From assembly GCA_963804165.1 (NCBI GenBank), contig CAWDPO010000045.1, forward strand, positions 192,001-256,000: a stretch of 64,000 bases of DNA, given 5' to 3'. This DNA is from an uncultured delta proteobacterium (GTDB lineage: Bacteria; Desulfobacterota; Binatia; UBA9968). Below the pieces are notes generated by a model. The model was given only the letters and a program-made list of their open reading frames with translations, was not told the origin of the DNA and made no database searches. Position numbers and translations under genes: made by a program. This document shows, piece by piece, positions 19,394-29,854 of the stretch. Every line of letters starts with the position of its first letter. Within the stretch, counting starts at the first letter, position 1.

Positions 19394-19804
19394 CCTTTTT
19401 TGGCGGATACTTGGGATTTGTCGGCAAGGGTGCATTGAATCAATCTCATACGACAAAAAATTCGTTAATCTGACCGGAAGTATCGAATTTGTCACAGTTG
19501 ATTTCTGTGCAGATTCGAACGTGAAATAGGCACTGCTGACAAATTTGACCGTTTGGTGCAGCGATTTCGTACCATTGTTCAAGTCATGAACCTCATTAGC
19601 GAGCCGAATCAGGCAAATCGGGCGACGAAGCCGCGATCGAGTCGAGTCGCCAACCTGTGGACCGAAGACTTCAAGCGCTGGTCGTACCCTCTTCCTTTCC
19701 CATCCAACGCATCAGCAGTTCGCCGGCGCGCGCAGGACACGCAGGTTTCCAAACAACATTTCTCGGAAGCTAGGCATTGATTCTGAGCTGGAAATAGGTG
19801 GTGA

Positions 19805-22462
19805 ATGAAAAAACCGAAACACGGCTTCAAAATGGGCGCAACCGGTCAACCTCTATCAGGGGGCGGTATCGTCAAGAAAGCCGTCACCAGCCCATCGCCT
19901 TACCAGTCACTCTTCGATACCGCGGCTCTCAGCATTGTCCAAACGGATCTCGATGGTCGCATCATCGGTTGCAATCCGGCCGCTGCGCGAATGCTCTTAG
20001 CTAACCAGGAGGACATGAGAGAGCGCGAGTTCTTGAGCCTCGTTCCCGATAAATGGCATCGGAAAGAAGAAGCCGCGACAACCGAGGTGATTAAAAACGG
20101 CGTCGCCGAGGAATATGAAATCGAACTCCGCAAAGAGGATGGCGCCGCTTTTCCCGCTGCTGTAAAGAAATGGCTGCAAATCGATAAGTTCGGACAGGCG
20201 CATGGCGTTTGTGTGGTGGTACGGGATATCACGGAGAAAAAGAGGAGCGACGACGCGGTGTATCAGCACGCGATTCTCCTCTTGGAGAGCCAGGCCCGGC
20301 ACCAATCTTTGTTAGCCAACGCGCCCATCTGCATCTTGACGGTCGACACGTCAGGGCGGATAGAGGCGACTAATCCGACCATTGAAGAACTGCTGGGTTA
20401 CGAGTCAGCCGCTCTCGTCGGCAAAAGTTTGGCAGATTTTGTGACGAGCCCCGGCGGACAGCCGATTTCGATCACGTCCGGACAGCCGCAGACAGCCGTC
20501 GCCAGATGCCATGATGGTAAAATTTTGCCCGTGCAAGTCGTCTTTAGCGAGCTTCGCACCAAGGGCGAAGTCTTTCATACCTGTTTTCTTCGAGATATCG
20601 CGGTCGATTTGCACATTCGCGAAGCACTGCAAGGCGCACATAGTGAATTGGAACAACGCGTGCGCGAGGGGAGCAAAGAAATCGCCAGGCTGAGCGATGC
20701 TTTGCGGGCGGAAATCAGCGAGCGCACTTGGGCTCAAGAGCAATTTCAAGTCGCCGTGGAATCGGCGCCTAACGGGATATTGCTTGTAGACAAGACCGGG
20801 CACATCACCCTGGTCAACGCTTTCATGGAGCAACTCTTCGGCTACGGCCGCGAGGAGCTGATCGGACGGCCGATCGATGTCCTGGTTCCGGAACGCTTTC
20901 ACAACCGATTTCCCAGCCAGCGCGAGTATTTTTTTTCTCATCCGCGCGTTAGATGGCTGGGGCGTCGGCAGGACTGGTACGGATTGCGCAAGGACGGCTC
21001 CGAGTTTCCCATCGAGATCGGCTTGAATCCGATCCACACTCCCCGGGGCAATGGTGTTCTCGTGTCGGTCGTCGACGTGACCGAGCGTAAGCGGGTCGAA
21101 TCTGAGCTCAAGCGCACTGCGTTTCATGACGGTTTGACGGGACTGCCCAATCGCACGCTGTTCCTTGACAACCTGCTTCGGCTCAACGCAGCGGCCAAAC
21201 GCTATGGACATCATCCCTTCGCGCTGCTGTTCTTGGATCTGGACAGGTTTAAAGTGATCAATGACAGCCTCGGTCACACGATCGGCGATAAGTTGCTCAT
21301 CGAGATGGCGCATCGTCTCGTCGAATGCACACGTGAGGAGGATACGGTCGCGCGCCTCGGCGGCGATGAATTTGCTATTTTGCTCGAGCAGGTACGCGGC
21401 CCTGAGGATGCCGTTCGAGTGGCTGACCGGGTGGTGGAACGATTCGCCGATCCCTTGATGTTGGATGAAAACGAAGTGTCCATCAGCGCAAGCATCGGCA
21501 TCGCGCTCAGCCTCACCGGCGAGAAAAGCCCCGAAGACCTGTTACGGGAGGCAGATATGGCGATGTACCAAGCTAAGACGCGGCGCTCGGGCTACCAAAT
21601 TTTCGATGCCAAGATGCATGCCCACGCGCTGGAGAAGATGCGCCTGGAGATCGACATGAAACGCGCCGTCGAACGAAAGCAGATTCAACTTCACTACCAG
21701 CCGATCATCTCGCTGGCGACCGGTAAGCTCGCCGGGTTCGAAGCGCTGGCGCGCTGGCACCACAATGGACGGGGGGTGATTTCGCCGACGCAGTTCATTC
21801 CGTTGGCGGAGGAAACCGGGCTGGTTGGCAACCTAAGCCGGTCGGTGCTCAAGCAAGCTTGCCTGCAAATGCGCCAGTGGCGAGAACACTTTCCGCTGAA
21901 CGACGATTGCTTCATTAGCGTCAACGTATCCAGCAAGCAGGTATCCCAAGGCGGACTCATCGATGAAATCGATGACGTTCTCCAGGAGACCGGATTGGAG
22001 CCCCAGTATCTTCGCCTCGAAATCACTGAAAGCGCGCTGGTCGAGAACACCCGCATCGCATCGCATGCGCTGGCCCAACTCAAAAAGCGCAGAATTAAGC
22101 TCTGCCTGGATGATTTCGGCAAGGGATTTTCGTCGCTTAATTATCTCCACCGGTTTCCCATTGACGTTTTGAAGATCGATCGCTCGTTTGTGCGCCGACT
22201 AGGGGCCAACCTTGCCAACGATCACGGCAGGAAACGGCCCTATGAAATTGTCCGCACGATCGTGGCCTTGGCACAAATACTCGGCATGCAGGTCGTCGCC
22301 GAAGGGGTGGAAATGTCAGGTCAGTTGAAAATTTTAAGAGATCTCGGCTGTGAGTTCGGTCAAGGATTTCTATTCTCTCCCGCAGTCGAGGCCAGCGATG
22401 CCATCCGTTTTCTCGAAGCCGGCCTATCGCTTTCAGAAATGACCGCACCGCAAGCCGAGTAG
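19805..22462 (+). CDS. PAS-PAS-PAS-GGDEF-EAL diguanylate cyclase/phosphodiesterase
   Basis: Three PAS/PAC units; HDGLTGLPNR, DLDRFK.IND, RLGGDEF; FEALARW, EITES, DDFG, KIDRSF, AEGVE. Confidence 0.93.
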   Translation: MKKPKHGFKMGATGQPLSGGGIVKKAVTSPSPYQSLFDTAALSIVQTDLDGRIIGCNPAAARMLLANQEDMREREFLSLVPDKWHRKEEAATTEVIKNGVAEEYEIELRKEDGAAFPAAVKKWLQIDKFGQAHGVCVVVRDITEKKRSDDAVYQHAILLLESQARHQSLLANAPICILTVDTSGRIEATNPTIEELLGYESAALVGKSLADFVTSPGGQPISITSGQPQTAVARCHDGKILPVQVVFSELRTKGEVFHTCFLRDIAVDLHIREALQGAHSELEQRVREGSKEIARLSDALRAEISERTWAQEQFQVAVESAPNGILLVDKTGHITLVNAFMEQLFGYGREELIGRPIDVLVPERFHNRFPSQREYFFSHPRVRWLGRRQDWYGLRKDGSEFPIEIGLNPIHTPRGNGVLVSVVDVTERKRVESELKRTAFHDGLTGLPNRTLFLDNLLRLNAAAKRYGHHPFALLFLDLDRFKVINDSLGHTIGDKLLIEMAHRLVECTREEDTVARLGGDEFAILLEQVRGPEDAVRVADRVVERFADPLMLDENEVSISASIGIALSLTGEKSPEDLLREADMAMYQAKTRRSGYQIFDAKMHAHALEKMRLEIDMKRAVERKQIQLHYQPIISLATGKLAGFEALARWHHNGRGVISPTQFIPLAEETGLVGNLSRSVLKQACLQMRQWREHFPLNDDCFISVNVSSKQVSQGGLIDEIDDVLQETGLEPQYLRLEITESALVENTRIASHALAQLKKRRIKLCLDDFGKGFSSLNYLHRFPIDVLKIDRSFVRRLGANLANDHGRKRPYEIVRTIVALAQILGMQVVAEGVEMSGQLKILRDLGCEFGQGFLFSPAVEASDAIRFLEAGLSLSEMTAPQAE

Positions 22463-22629
22463 CGGCCTCGGTGCTCCCGCGCGCTATCGCGTCACGACAG
22501 TGCGGGTGATTCCGCGATCAGTAAGTTTGCTGTCACCAGCCGAAGCTAACTGATAACTCCTCAGTATCCACGCACGGGGTTTTTCCCCGATTCAAAAGGT
22601 AAACCACTGATTCTTCGACCCGAGTGACG

Positions 22630-24333
22630 CTACTGCGCAGGCTTTCCGCCGTAATCCTTCTCCGCTGCTTCAGCTGAGACATAGCCGCGCCGCAAATCTC
22701 GGTCGACCAGCACGCGCGGCCGCTCCGACGGCGGTCCATAGCCGCCACCACCACCGGTTTCGACGATGATCGAATCGCCGAATTCGAGCGGATAACCTTT
22801 GCTCTTGTAAATGACCTCGCGCTCACCGGACTTTTTCACCACAGTAATCTGGCCTGACTTGCCCGCTTGACCGCCGTGCACGCCCCAGGGCGGATACTTG
22901 ACGCGATCGAACATCGCCTGCAGATCACAAGCGCCGAGGATGAGGTAATGTTTACGAAACCCGAGGCCGCCGCGAAACTTCCCCGCGCCGGCGGAGTCTT
23001 CGCGCAAACTAAACTCGACGAGACGATAGGGATACATCGACTCCTGCAGCTCGACGGGAATAATGCGCGTGTCACCGTGCGCCATGGTACGGAAGGGCCC
23101 GGCGCCGTCGTGGGTCGCGCAGGCGCCCCAGCCGCCGTGGCCGCTGTCATGGCAATCGAACGGCGTGCCGTTGTCGCGCTTGCCACGAAAGCGCACGCCG
23201 GAGAACGTGCCGAAATGCGCCCCGGTGACGCGCTCCGGTAGCGCCTTTTCCAACGCTTTGATGATCGCGTCAATTACCGTCGGAAACGGTTGCGAATAAT
23301 TGCCCATGGGCGCGGTCGGATGGGCGCTCAAGATTTTGCCTTCTGGCAAGATTAATTTTAACGGCCGAAACGTCCCTTCGTTGGCCGGCTCCTCGTTGGC
23401 AATTAAATATTTAAAAGCCACTCGCGCCGTGGTCCGGCCGCCGCCGTAATAACCGGAGTTGATGCAGCCGCGCACTTGCTCAGCAATATCGGAATAGTCA
23501 ATGGTCATTTCATCGTCGGCGACGATCACCTTGACACGTATCGGCAGCGCCTCATCCGACTCGCCGTCGTTATCGAAAAACGTTTCGTAGCTGTATTCGC
23601 CGTCAGGGATCGCGCGGATACGCGCCCGCGCCGCCGCTTCGCTCTGATCAAGCATGGTTTTCACCGCGGCGAAAAACGTGTCGACGCCGTACTTGTCAGC
23701 CAGCGCCTGTGTCAGATCACGACCGAGAACACAGCCGGCGTGTTGTGCTGCGATATCGCCCAGGAGTTCCACCGGAAATCGCGTATTGTTTTCGATGATT
23801 CGATAGACTTCCTGTATCGGCTCGCCCTTGGACCAGAGCTTGATCGAGCGCAGTTGCAAGCCTTCCATAAAAATATCGCTCGAGCGCGGGGTGATGCCGC
23901 CGATATCGATCCAGTGGACATTGATCGCGAAGAAACCGACCAGCGTGGCGCAATCAGCGCCGGCAAAAATCGGCGTGTACATCACGGTGTTATTCAAATG
24001 CTGCCCTTGAACAGCACCATGATTGCACAAGACGACATCGCCACGATACAAGCGCTCACGACCGTAGACGGCCAGACCATCGCGCACGGCCATGCCGACG
24101 GAATCGGCGACAAACACCGGCATGCCGCCGGTGCACTGCGCGATTAATTCGCCCTCCGCGCTCACCAGCCCCACGGCAAAATCTTTATACTCGTAAATGT
24201 AAGGACTGAAGGCCGTGCGGGAAATATTCGCGTCGATCTGGTCGGTGATCGAGACAATGCCGTGGCGGATCACTTCGAGGGTGATGGGATCGACGGAAGA
24301 ATTGTGTGAACTCGATTTTGAATTGTCGCTCAT
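22630..24333 (-). CDS. Hydantoinase B/oxoprolinase family protein
   Basis: DPITLEVIRH; RTAFSP.IYE..D; QHLNN; HWIDIGG; GAGKFRGGLG; GGGGYGPP.ER. Confidence 0.9.
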   Translation of the reverse strand: MSDNSKSSSHNSSVDPITLEVIRHGIVSITDQIDANISRTAFSPYIYEYKDFAVGLVSAEGELIAQCTGGMPVFVADSVGMAVRDGLAVYGRERLYRGDVVLCNHGAVQGQHLNNTVMYTPIFAGADCATLVGFFAINVHWIDIGGITPRSSDIFMEGLQLRSIKLWSKGEPIQEVYRIIENNTRFPVELLGDIAAQHAGCVLGRDLTQALADKYGVDTFFAAVKTMLDQSEAAARARIRAIPDGEYSYETFFDNDGESDEALPIRVKVIVADDEMTIDYSDIAEQVRGCINSGYYGGGRTTARVAFKYLIANEEPANEGTFRPLKLILPEGKILSAHPTAPMGNYSQPFPTVIDAIIKALEKALPERVTGAHFGTFSGVRFRGKRDNGTPFDCHDSGHGGWGACATHDGAGPFRTMAHGDTRIIPVELQESMYPYRLVEFSLREDSAGAGKFRGGLGFRKHYLILGACDLQAMFDRVKYPPWGVHGGQAGKSGQITVVKKSGEREVIYKSKGYPLEFGDSIIVETGGGGGYGPPSERPRVLVDRDLRRGYVSAEAAEKDYGGKPAQ

Positions 24334-24456
24334 ATTTGTGTCACTGCTCGACAAGCGCTTCGCTGATTCTTGCCTCCTTCCCCTCGACGGGGAAGGACTG
24401 AGGAAGGGGTGATTCCTGTCTACTAGCAGCACCCCCATCCTAACCTTCCCCCATCA

Positions 24457-24586
24457 GAGACTGTGTCGCAATGTCATTCTGAGCCGCAGGCGAAGAATCT
24501 GCTTTTCGTAAGGTGTCGGAAAAACAGATGCTTCGCTCACGCTCAGCATCACAACCAGGTGACTTGTAGCATTGCGACACAGTCTC
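24457..24586. mobile_element. MITE (130 bp) with TCA target duplication
   Basis: TIRs GAGACTGTGTCGCAA / TTGCGACACAGTCTC, flanked by TCA on both sides; internal TGTCATTCTGAG...GAAGAATCT palindrome pair. Confidence 0.75.
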
Positions 24587-24638
24587 TCAAGGGGAAAGGA
24601 ACTCGGATCAAGGATACAATTCTCCGATTACAACATTT

Positions 24639-26690
24639 TCATTTCGAGGCGCATTGAATGCGAATTTCATGCAGCTCGCCGATCTGGAACCGGTCTCCCG
24701 GCCACACCACCGTCGTCGAGCCGTATTCTTCGATCACCGCCGGACCCGTGCCGCTGAATCCCGGCTGCAGTTCGTCGCGGCGATAAATTTGCGCGTCCAA
24801 CCAGCCGCCGGCGTTGCCGATGTAAATCCGCCGCGCCTGCGCCGGCTGCGCTTTCACTGCCGCGCGTGGTAGGCACCCGATCTCCGGCTGTTTCAGGCGA
24901 GCGAACGCGGACAGATGCAGCGCTTGAAATTCCGCGGGCGCCTTGGCGTCGGCGTGGCCGTAGCGGCGCTTGTAATCGCGCTCGAAGGCGGAGCGGATCT
25001 GTTCCGCGTCTTTCAGTCCCGTTACCGGCACTTTGATGTTATGCCGCTGGCCCCGGTAACGCATCTCCGCGTGATGCTCATAAAAGACGTCCCCGGTACC
25101 GAACTCTTTTGCCAATGCCGTCGCGGCTTCCTTTTCCATGGCGCCGTAGATTTCGGCCATCGCCACCACTGTCTTATCGTTTAGAATCCCGACGAACGTT
25201 TTTGACGTATCGATGCGCGCGTCGGCCAAGAGCATGCCGATCGCCGAAAAATTTCCCGGTTCGGGCGGAATGACGACGATGGGAATAGACAGCTCGTGCG
25301 CCAGCGCGCAGGCATGCAGCGGGCCGCCGCCGCCGTAGCTGAAAAGAATAAAATCGCGCGGGTCGAGCCCATGCTCAACGGAAATCTTTCGAATCGCGCC
25401 CGCCATGATCACGGTGGCGATGGAAATAATGCCGTCGGCCATCTGAACCATGCCGATATCGCCGCCGTAGCCGAGCGGCGTGGCGATGCGTTCTGCGACC
25501 GCGCGCATCGCTGCGCCGATGTCCAACTGCATTTCACCGCCGAGGAAGTTTGCCGGATTGAGACGGCCAAGCGCCAGATTCGCGTCCGTCACCGTGGGTT
25601 CCGTACCGCCGCGCCCGTAGCACACCGGCCCCGGTGTCGAGCCGGCGCTCTGGGGCCCCACGTGTAACCGCTTTTGCGAATCGAGCCACGCGATGGAACC
25701 GCCGCCGGAGCCGACTTCGACGATGTCGATGACAGCCGACTTGATCGGAAAACCTTTGACGTAGCCGTTGGCGTAATAGACGGAGTTGACGGAGAATCGG
25801 CCGTTTTCGACCAACGCGCATTTTGCAGTCGTTCCACCCATGTCGAATGCGACGAGGTTTTTGAAACCGAGCTTTTCAGCGTACGCGGCCGCGCCGATGC
25901 AGCCGCCGATGGGGCCGGATTCGACCAGGCCGATGGGTTGGCGGCAAGTGCGCTCGGCGGATAACAAGCCGCCGTTGGAGCCCATCATGAACAGCGAGCC
26001 GCGGAATCTCTGCTCGCGCAAGTCACCGTCGAGCCGGCGAATGTACGTGCTCACCTGCGGCCCGACGTAGGCATTTGCCGCCACCGTCGAACAGCGCTCG
26101 TACTCGTACCACTCGCGTGTCAAATCGGTGCTGAACGTAACGTAAGTGTCCGGCAAAAATTCTTTCAGTTTCTCGGCCGCCGCCTCTTCGTGGGCCGGGT
26201 TGATGTAAGAGTTCATAAAAAAAACCGCCACCGATTCGACCCCGAGTTTCTTGATCTCGCCGGCAAGTTTTTCCAGCGCCGCCGTATCGAGGGCTGTGAC
26301 GACTTCGCCTTTGCTGCCCGTGCGCTCGGCGACTTCCAAGCGCAGCTCGCGCGGAATCAGCGGTTCATCGCGCTGGTAATGCAAATCGAATGGATCGGGC
26401 CGGTTGCCGCGGGCGATTTCAAGAATGTCGCGAAAGCCTTTGCTCGTCACCAACGCGGTCTTCGCGCCTTTGCGCTGGATCAGGGAATTGATCACCAGCG
26501 TCGTGCCGTGATTGACCAGCGACGCTTCGGCCGGCTTGATCTTGGCTTTATTGAAACAGTCGAGAACACCGTCGACGAGATTGTCGTAAGTGGTCGGACT
26601 CTTGGCGTAGATCACATTCTGGGTTTCGTGATCGAAGGCGACCAAATCTGTGAACGTACCGCCGATATCGACGGCGATGGCGTAACTCAT
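24639..26690 (-). CDS. Hydantoinase A/oxoprolinase family protein
   Basis: DIGGTFTD; HGTT..IN; SGP.GG; DMGGTT; GPQSAGS.PGP.CYG.GG..PTVTDA; RYRGQ. Confidence 0.92.
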   Translation of the reverse strand: MSYAIAVDIGGTFTDLVAFDHETQNVIYAKSPTTYDNLVDGVLDCFNKAKIKPAEASLVNHGTTLVINSLIQRKGAKTALVTSKGFRDILEIARGNRPDPFDLHYQRDEPLIPRELRLEVAERTGSKGEVVTALDTAALEKLAGEIKKLGVESVAVFFMNSYINPAHEEAAAEKLKEFLPDTYVTFSTDLTREWYEYERCSTVAANAYVGPQVSTYIRRLDGDLREQRFRGSLFMMGSNGGLLSAERTCRQPIGLVESGPIGGCIGAAAYAEKLGFKNLVAFDMGGTTAKCALVENGRFSVNSVYYANGYVKGFPIKSAVIDIVEVGSGGGSIAWLDSQKRLHVGPQSAGSTPGPVCYGRGGTEPTVTDANLALGRLNPANFLGGEMQLDIGAAMRAVAERIATPLGYGGDIGMVQMADGIISIATVIMAGAIRKISVEHGLDPRDFILFSYGGGGPLHACALAHELSIPIVVIPPEPGNFSAIGMLLADARIDTSKTFVGILNDKTVVAMAEIYGAMEKEAATALAKEFGTGDVFYEHHAEMRYRGQRHNIKVPVTGLKDAEQIRSAFERDYKRRYGHADAKAPAEFQALHLSAFARLKQPEIGCLPRAAVKAQPAQARRIYIGNAGGWLDAQIYRRDELQPGFSGTGPAVIEEYGSTTVVWPGDRFQIGELHEIRIQCASK

Positions 26691-26704
26691 CGAAGATGAC
26701 TCCC

Positions 26705-26798
26705 GTTCAAAAGTTCAACGGTTCAACGTTCAAAGCGATTGCTTCCAGTACTCCCGCATTTTCTGACGTTGAACTTTTGAACCTTTGAACTGTTGAAC
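26705..26798. repeat. Inverted arrays of short GTTCAA/TTGAAC units
   Basis: Four GTTCAA units then four TTGAAC units; similar arrays at about 49790-49826 and 53567-53635. Confidence 0.6.
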
Positions 26799-28549
26799 GT
26801 CATGGGCGGCGTGGCTTTGCCGCTTGCATCGAAAACGACGCCGTAATCGTCGCGCGCGCTTTCGCGCGAGACAAAGCCGCGAACCACGTCGCGCTGGACT
26901 AATTCGACTGGGCGCTCGCGCGGATCGCCGTAGCCGCCGCCACCGCCGGTGGCCATGCGCACGCGATCGCCGGATTGCAAGGGGCGATTTTCGGTTTTGT
27001 AAAGCAGCTCGGGATCCTTCGCACCGTTCTTATAGATCAGCACCTGACCGGACTTGCCTTCCTTCGCTCCTTGCACACCCCACGGCGGACAGCCGATGCG
27101 GTCGAAGTTCGCCCACAGCTCGCAGGGCGCGAGCAAGACATATTGCTTATCGAATCCCAATCCGCCGCGCCATTTTCCTGCTCCTCCCGAATCTTGGCGC
27201 AAACGAAATTCTTCGACGCGGAACGGATACATCGACTCCTGCAGCTCGATGGGAATCAAGCGCGTGTCGCCGTGCGCCATGGTGCGAAACGGTCCCGCGC
27301 CGTCGTGCGTCGCGCATGCGCCCCAGCCGCCGTGGCCGCTGTCGTTGGCTTTGAACACTGCGCCGGTATCCATGCGCTTGCCGGCAAAGCTCAGCGAAGA
27401 AAACGTCCCGAAGTGCGCACCGGTGACGCGCTCGGGCAAAGCCGGCTCCAACGCTTTGATGATGCAGTCGATCACCGTCGGGAAGGGAATGCTGTAGAGC
27501 CCCATCGCCGCAGTCGCCTCGGCGCTGATCAACTTACCTTCCGGCAGGATCATCTTCACTGGCCGGAAAGTTCCCTCGTTTGCCGGCTCGTCGGTCGCGA
27601 TCAGATATTTGAAAGCGACTCGCACGCAAGTCCGCCCGCCGCCGTAAAAACCCGAGTTGATGCAGCCTTTGACTTGATTCGACATTTCGGAAAAATCGAC
27701 CGTCATCTCGTCGCCGGCAATGATGACTTTAACCTTGATCGGAATCTTCTCGTCGCGTACGCCGTCATTATCGAGAAACGCTTCATGCTGATAAACACCG
27801 TCTGGAATCGCGCGGATTTTTTCTCGTGTCGCCGCCTCGCACTGATCGAGAATCGTGTCGAGAGCATCGAGAAACACCGTGGTGCCGTATTTGTCGCCCA
27901 TCGCCTGAGTAAGATCGCGCCCCAAGAGGCAGCCGCCGAGCTGCGCTTCGATATCGCCGAGCAGTTCCAAGGGAAAGCGCGTGTTGTTCTCGATGATGCG
28001 ATACACTTCCTCGATAGGCTCGCCTTTGGACAGGATTTTGATCGAGCGCAACTGCAGCCCTTCCATGAAAATATCCGTGGAAGAATAAGACACCGACCCG
28101 ATCGCCGAGCCGCCGATATCGATCCAGTGGCAGTTGACGGCGAAAAAGCCGATCACTTCGTCACCGCCGCGGCCGGCGAACACCGGCGTGTACATGACGG
28201 TATTATTCAAGTGCTGACCCTGCACCGCGGCATGATTGCAGACGATCACGTCGCCCTTGTGCAGATTGTCGCGTCCGTAGACTGCCAAACCGTCTTTCAC
28301 CGCCATGCCGACCGAGTCGGCGACAAAGACCGGCATGCCGCCCGTCGATTGCGCCAACAACTCGCCGGCCGCGCCGACGAATCCGACGGCGTAGTCCTTA
28401 TACTCGTAGATATATGGGCTGAATGCCGTGCGTGTCATGTTAGCGTCGATCTGATCGCAGATAGAAATAATGCCGTGGCGAATCACTTCCAGTGTGATGG
28501 GATCGAGCTCGGCGCGTTTCCGCGCCTCTTCTGCCGGCATAGGTCTCAT
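26723..28549 (-). CDS. Hydantoinase B/oxoprolinase family protein (second paralog)
   Basis: Same motifs as 22630-24333; start uncertain (28549 or 28612). Confidence 0.9.
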   Translation of the reverse strand: MRPMPAEEARKRAELDPITLEVIRHGIISICDQIDANMTRTAFSPYIYEYKDYAVGFVGAAGELLAQSTGGMPVFVADSVGMAVKDGLAVYGRDNLHKGDVIVCNHAAVQGQHLNNTVMYTPVFAGRGGDEVIGFFAVNCHWIDIGGSAIGSVSYSSTDIFMEGLQLRSIKILSKGEPIEEVYRIIENNTRFPLELLGDIEAQLGGCLLGRDLTQAMGDKYGTTVFLDALDTILDQCEAATREKIRAIPDGVYQHEAFLDNDGVRDEKIPIKVKVIIAGDEMTVDFSEMSNQVKGCINSGFYGGGRTCVRVAFKYLIATDEPANEGTFRPVKMILPEGKLISAEATAAMGLYSIPFPTVIDCIIKALEPALPERVTGAHFGTFSSLSFAGKRMDTGAVFKANDSGHGGWGACATHDGAGPFRTMAHGDTRLIPIELQESMYPFRVEEFRLRQDSGGAGKWRGGLGFDKQYVLLAPCELWANFDRIGCPPWGVQGAKEGKSGQVLIYKNGAKDPELLYKTENRPLQSGDRVRMATGGGGGYGDPRERPVELVQRDVVRGFVSRESARDDYGVVFDASGKATPPMTFNSSKVQKFNVRKCGSTGSNRFER

Positions 28550-28679
28550 TTCGGATGTTTTCCTGTCTGCAAAAACTTTCGCGATATTTTCAAGTAACCA
28601 CCGGGTTGTCAAGCAACCGTAATTTAGCGTATTTACTCTTACGGCGACGACTGCCGTAAACTTAATCCGGGAGTAAATA

Positions 28680-29681
28680 ATGATCTTATCCGTTAACAGG
28701 CTCCATCTATTCTTGGCAGCAGCAACGATCCTTACTCTCGCGTTCGCCAGCCCACACCGGATCTGCGCTCAAGAACGGCGTGCCAAGTTGAGGATTTCCA
28801 ACGCCGGCTTCACCATCACCGCCCTACCGCTCTTGGCCGCCAAGGACTGGGGATTGTTCACCGCCAACGGACTGGATATGGAAGTCATCCTCATGCAGTC
28901 TTCGTTGGTGCCGGCGGCTCTGACTCAAGGCGACATCGACTTTCAAGCCGGCGTCGGACCCGCTTCGGTGAATGCGACCATGACTGGTTTTGCGACCCGC
29001 GCCATTTGGTTTTCATCGGATAAAATTTCGTATTGGCTCATGGCCAAGCCGCAGTATAAAACCCTCGAGAGTTTGAAAGCGAAGAAAATTTCTATCACCG
29101 GGTTGGGCGGCACAGTTCACGTCGCTTTCAACATGGCGCTGGAAAAACTCGGCGTGAATCCGAAAGATTTTGTTTTGGTGTCGATCGGCGGCCAACAAAT
29201 TCAGCAGCTTATTTCTTTGGAGTCGGGGTATGTCGACGCGGCGCTCCTGTCGCCGCCGGTGACCTTTGGCGCGCAAAAGAAAGGTTTCAACAAGGTTCTT
29301 GATGTCGGCTCTATGGTGGAAATGCCCGGCGGCGGCCTCACGGCGCTGGTCAAAACAATCCAGGAGCGGCCCGTCGAGACCAAGCGAGTCATCCGCTCGC
29401 TGCAGCAAGCCAAAGAAGAAATCCGTAAGTCGAAGCCTAAAACCCTCGATCTGATCGTCAAGCTTCTCAAGATGGATAGAGAAGCCGCGAGCGAAACCTA
29501 CGATCAGTTTCTCACCACGCTTAGCCCAACCGGAATCCCCACGCGCGTCGGCATGGACATCCTCGTTAAATCGGTTCAGTCCCAGGGCCGCCACGTCGAC
29601 CGCAAAGTGGCGTTTAACGAAATCGCCGACGACCGGCTCGCAACAGAAGTGGCGAAGGAATTGGGTTATAAGATTCCTTGA
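28680..29681 (+). CDS. ABC substrate-binding protein, NMT1/SsuA-like
   Basis: Signal peptide; A...GLF...GLD.E; LKAKKI.I; G.VDAA. Confidence 0.85.
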   Translation: MILSVNRLHLFLAAATILTLAFASPHRICAQERRAKLRISNAGFTITALPLLAAKDWGLFTANGLDMEVILMQSSLVPAALTQGDIDFQAGVGPASVNATMTGFATRAIWFSSDKISYWLMAKPQYKTLESLKAKKISITGLGGTVHVAFNMALEKLGVNPKDFVLVSIGGQQIQQLISLESGYVDAALLSPPVTFGAQKKGFNKVLDVGSMVEMPGGGLTALVKTIQERPVETKRVIRSLQQAKEEIRKSKPKTLDLIVKLLKMDREAASETYDQFLTTLSPTGIPTRVGMDILVKSVQSQGRHVDRKVAFNEIADDRLATEVAKELGYKIP

Positions 29682-29748
29682 ATGTTTTCACTCGATGGCT
29701 TGGTTATCCAACAAGTGGATTCTTCGTGGTAACAGAGGTTATTCGCTC

Positions 29749-29817
29749 GAGATTCTTCGCCTTGTAGGCTCAGAATGACGCACGCAGGGTGTCATCCTGA
29801 ACGAAGTGAAGGATCTC
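29749..29817. repeat. Palindromic repeat pair (AGATTCTTCG..CTCAGAATGAC / TGTCATCCTGA..GAAGGATCT)
   Basis: Same units as inside the MITEs at 24457 and 30895, arranged in the opposite order and without TIRs. Confidence 0.7.
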
Positions 29818-29854
29818 GGATTCGAATTTCCCATGGCGCTGCAAGGGAGCATTG

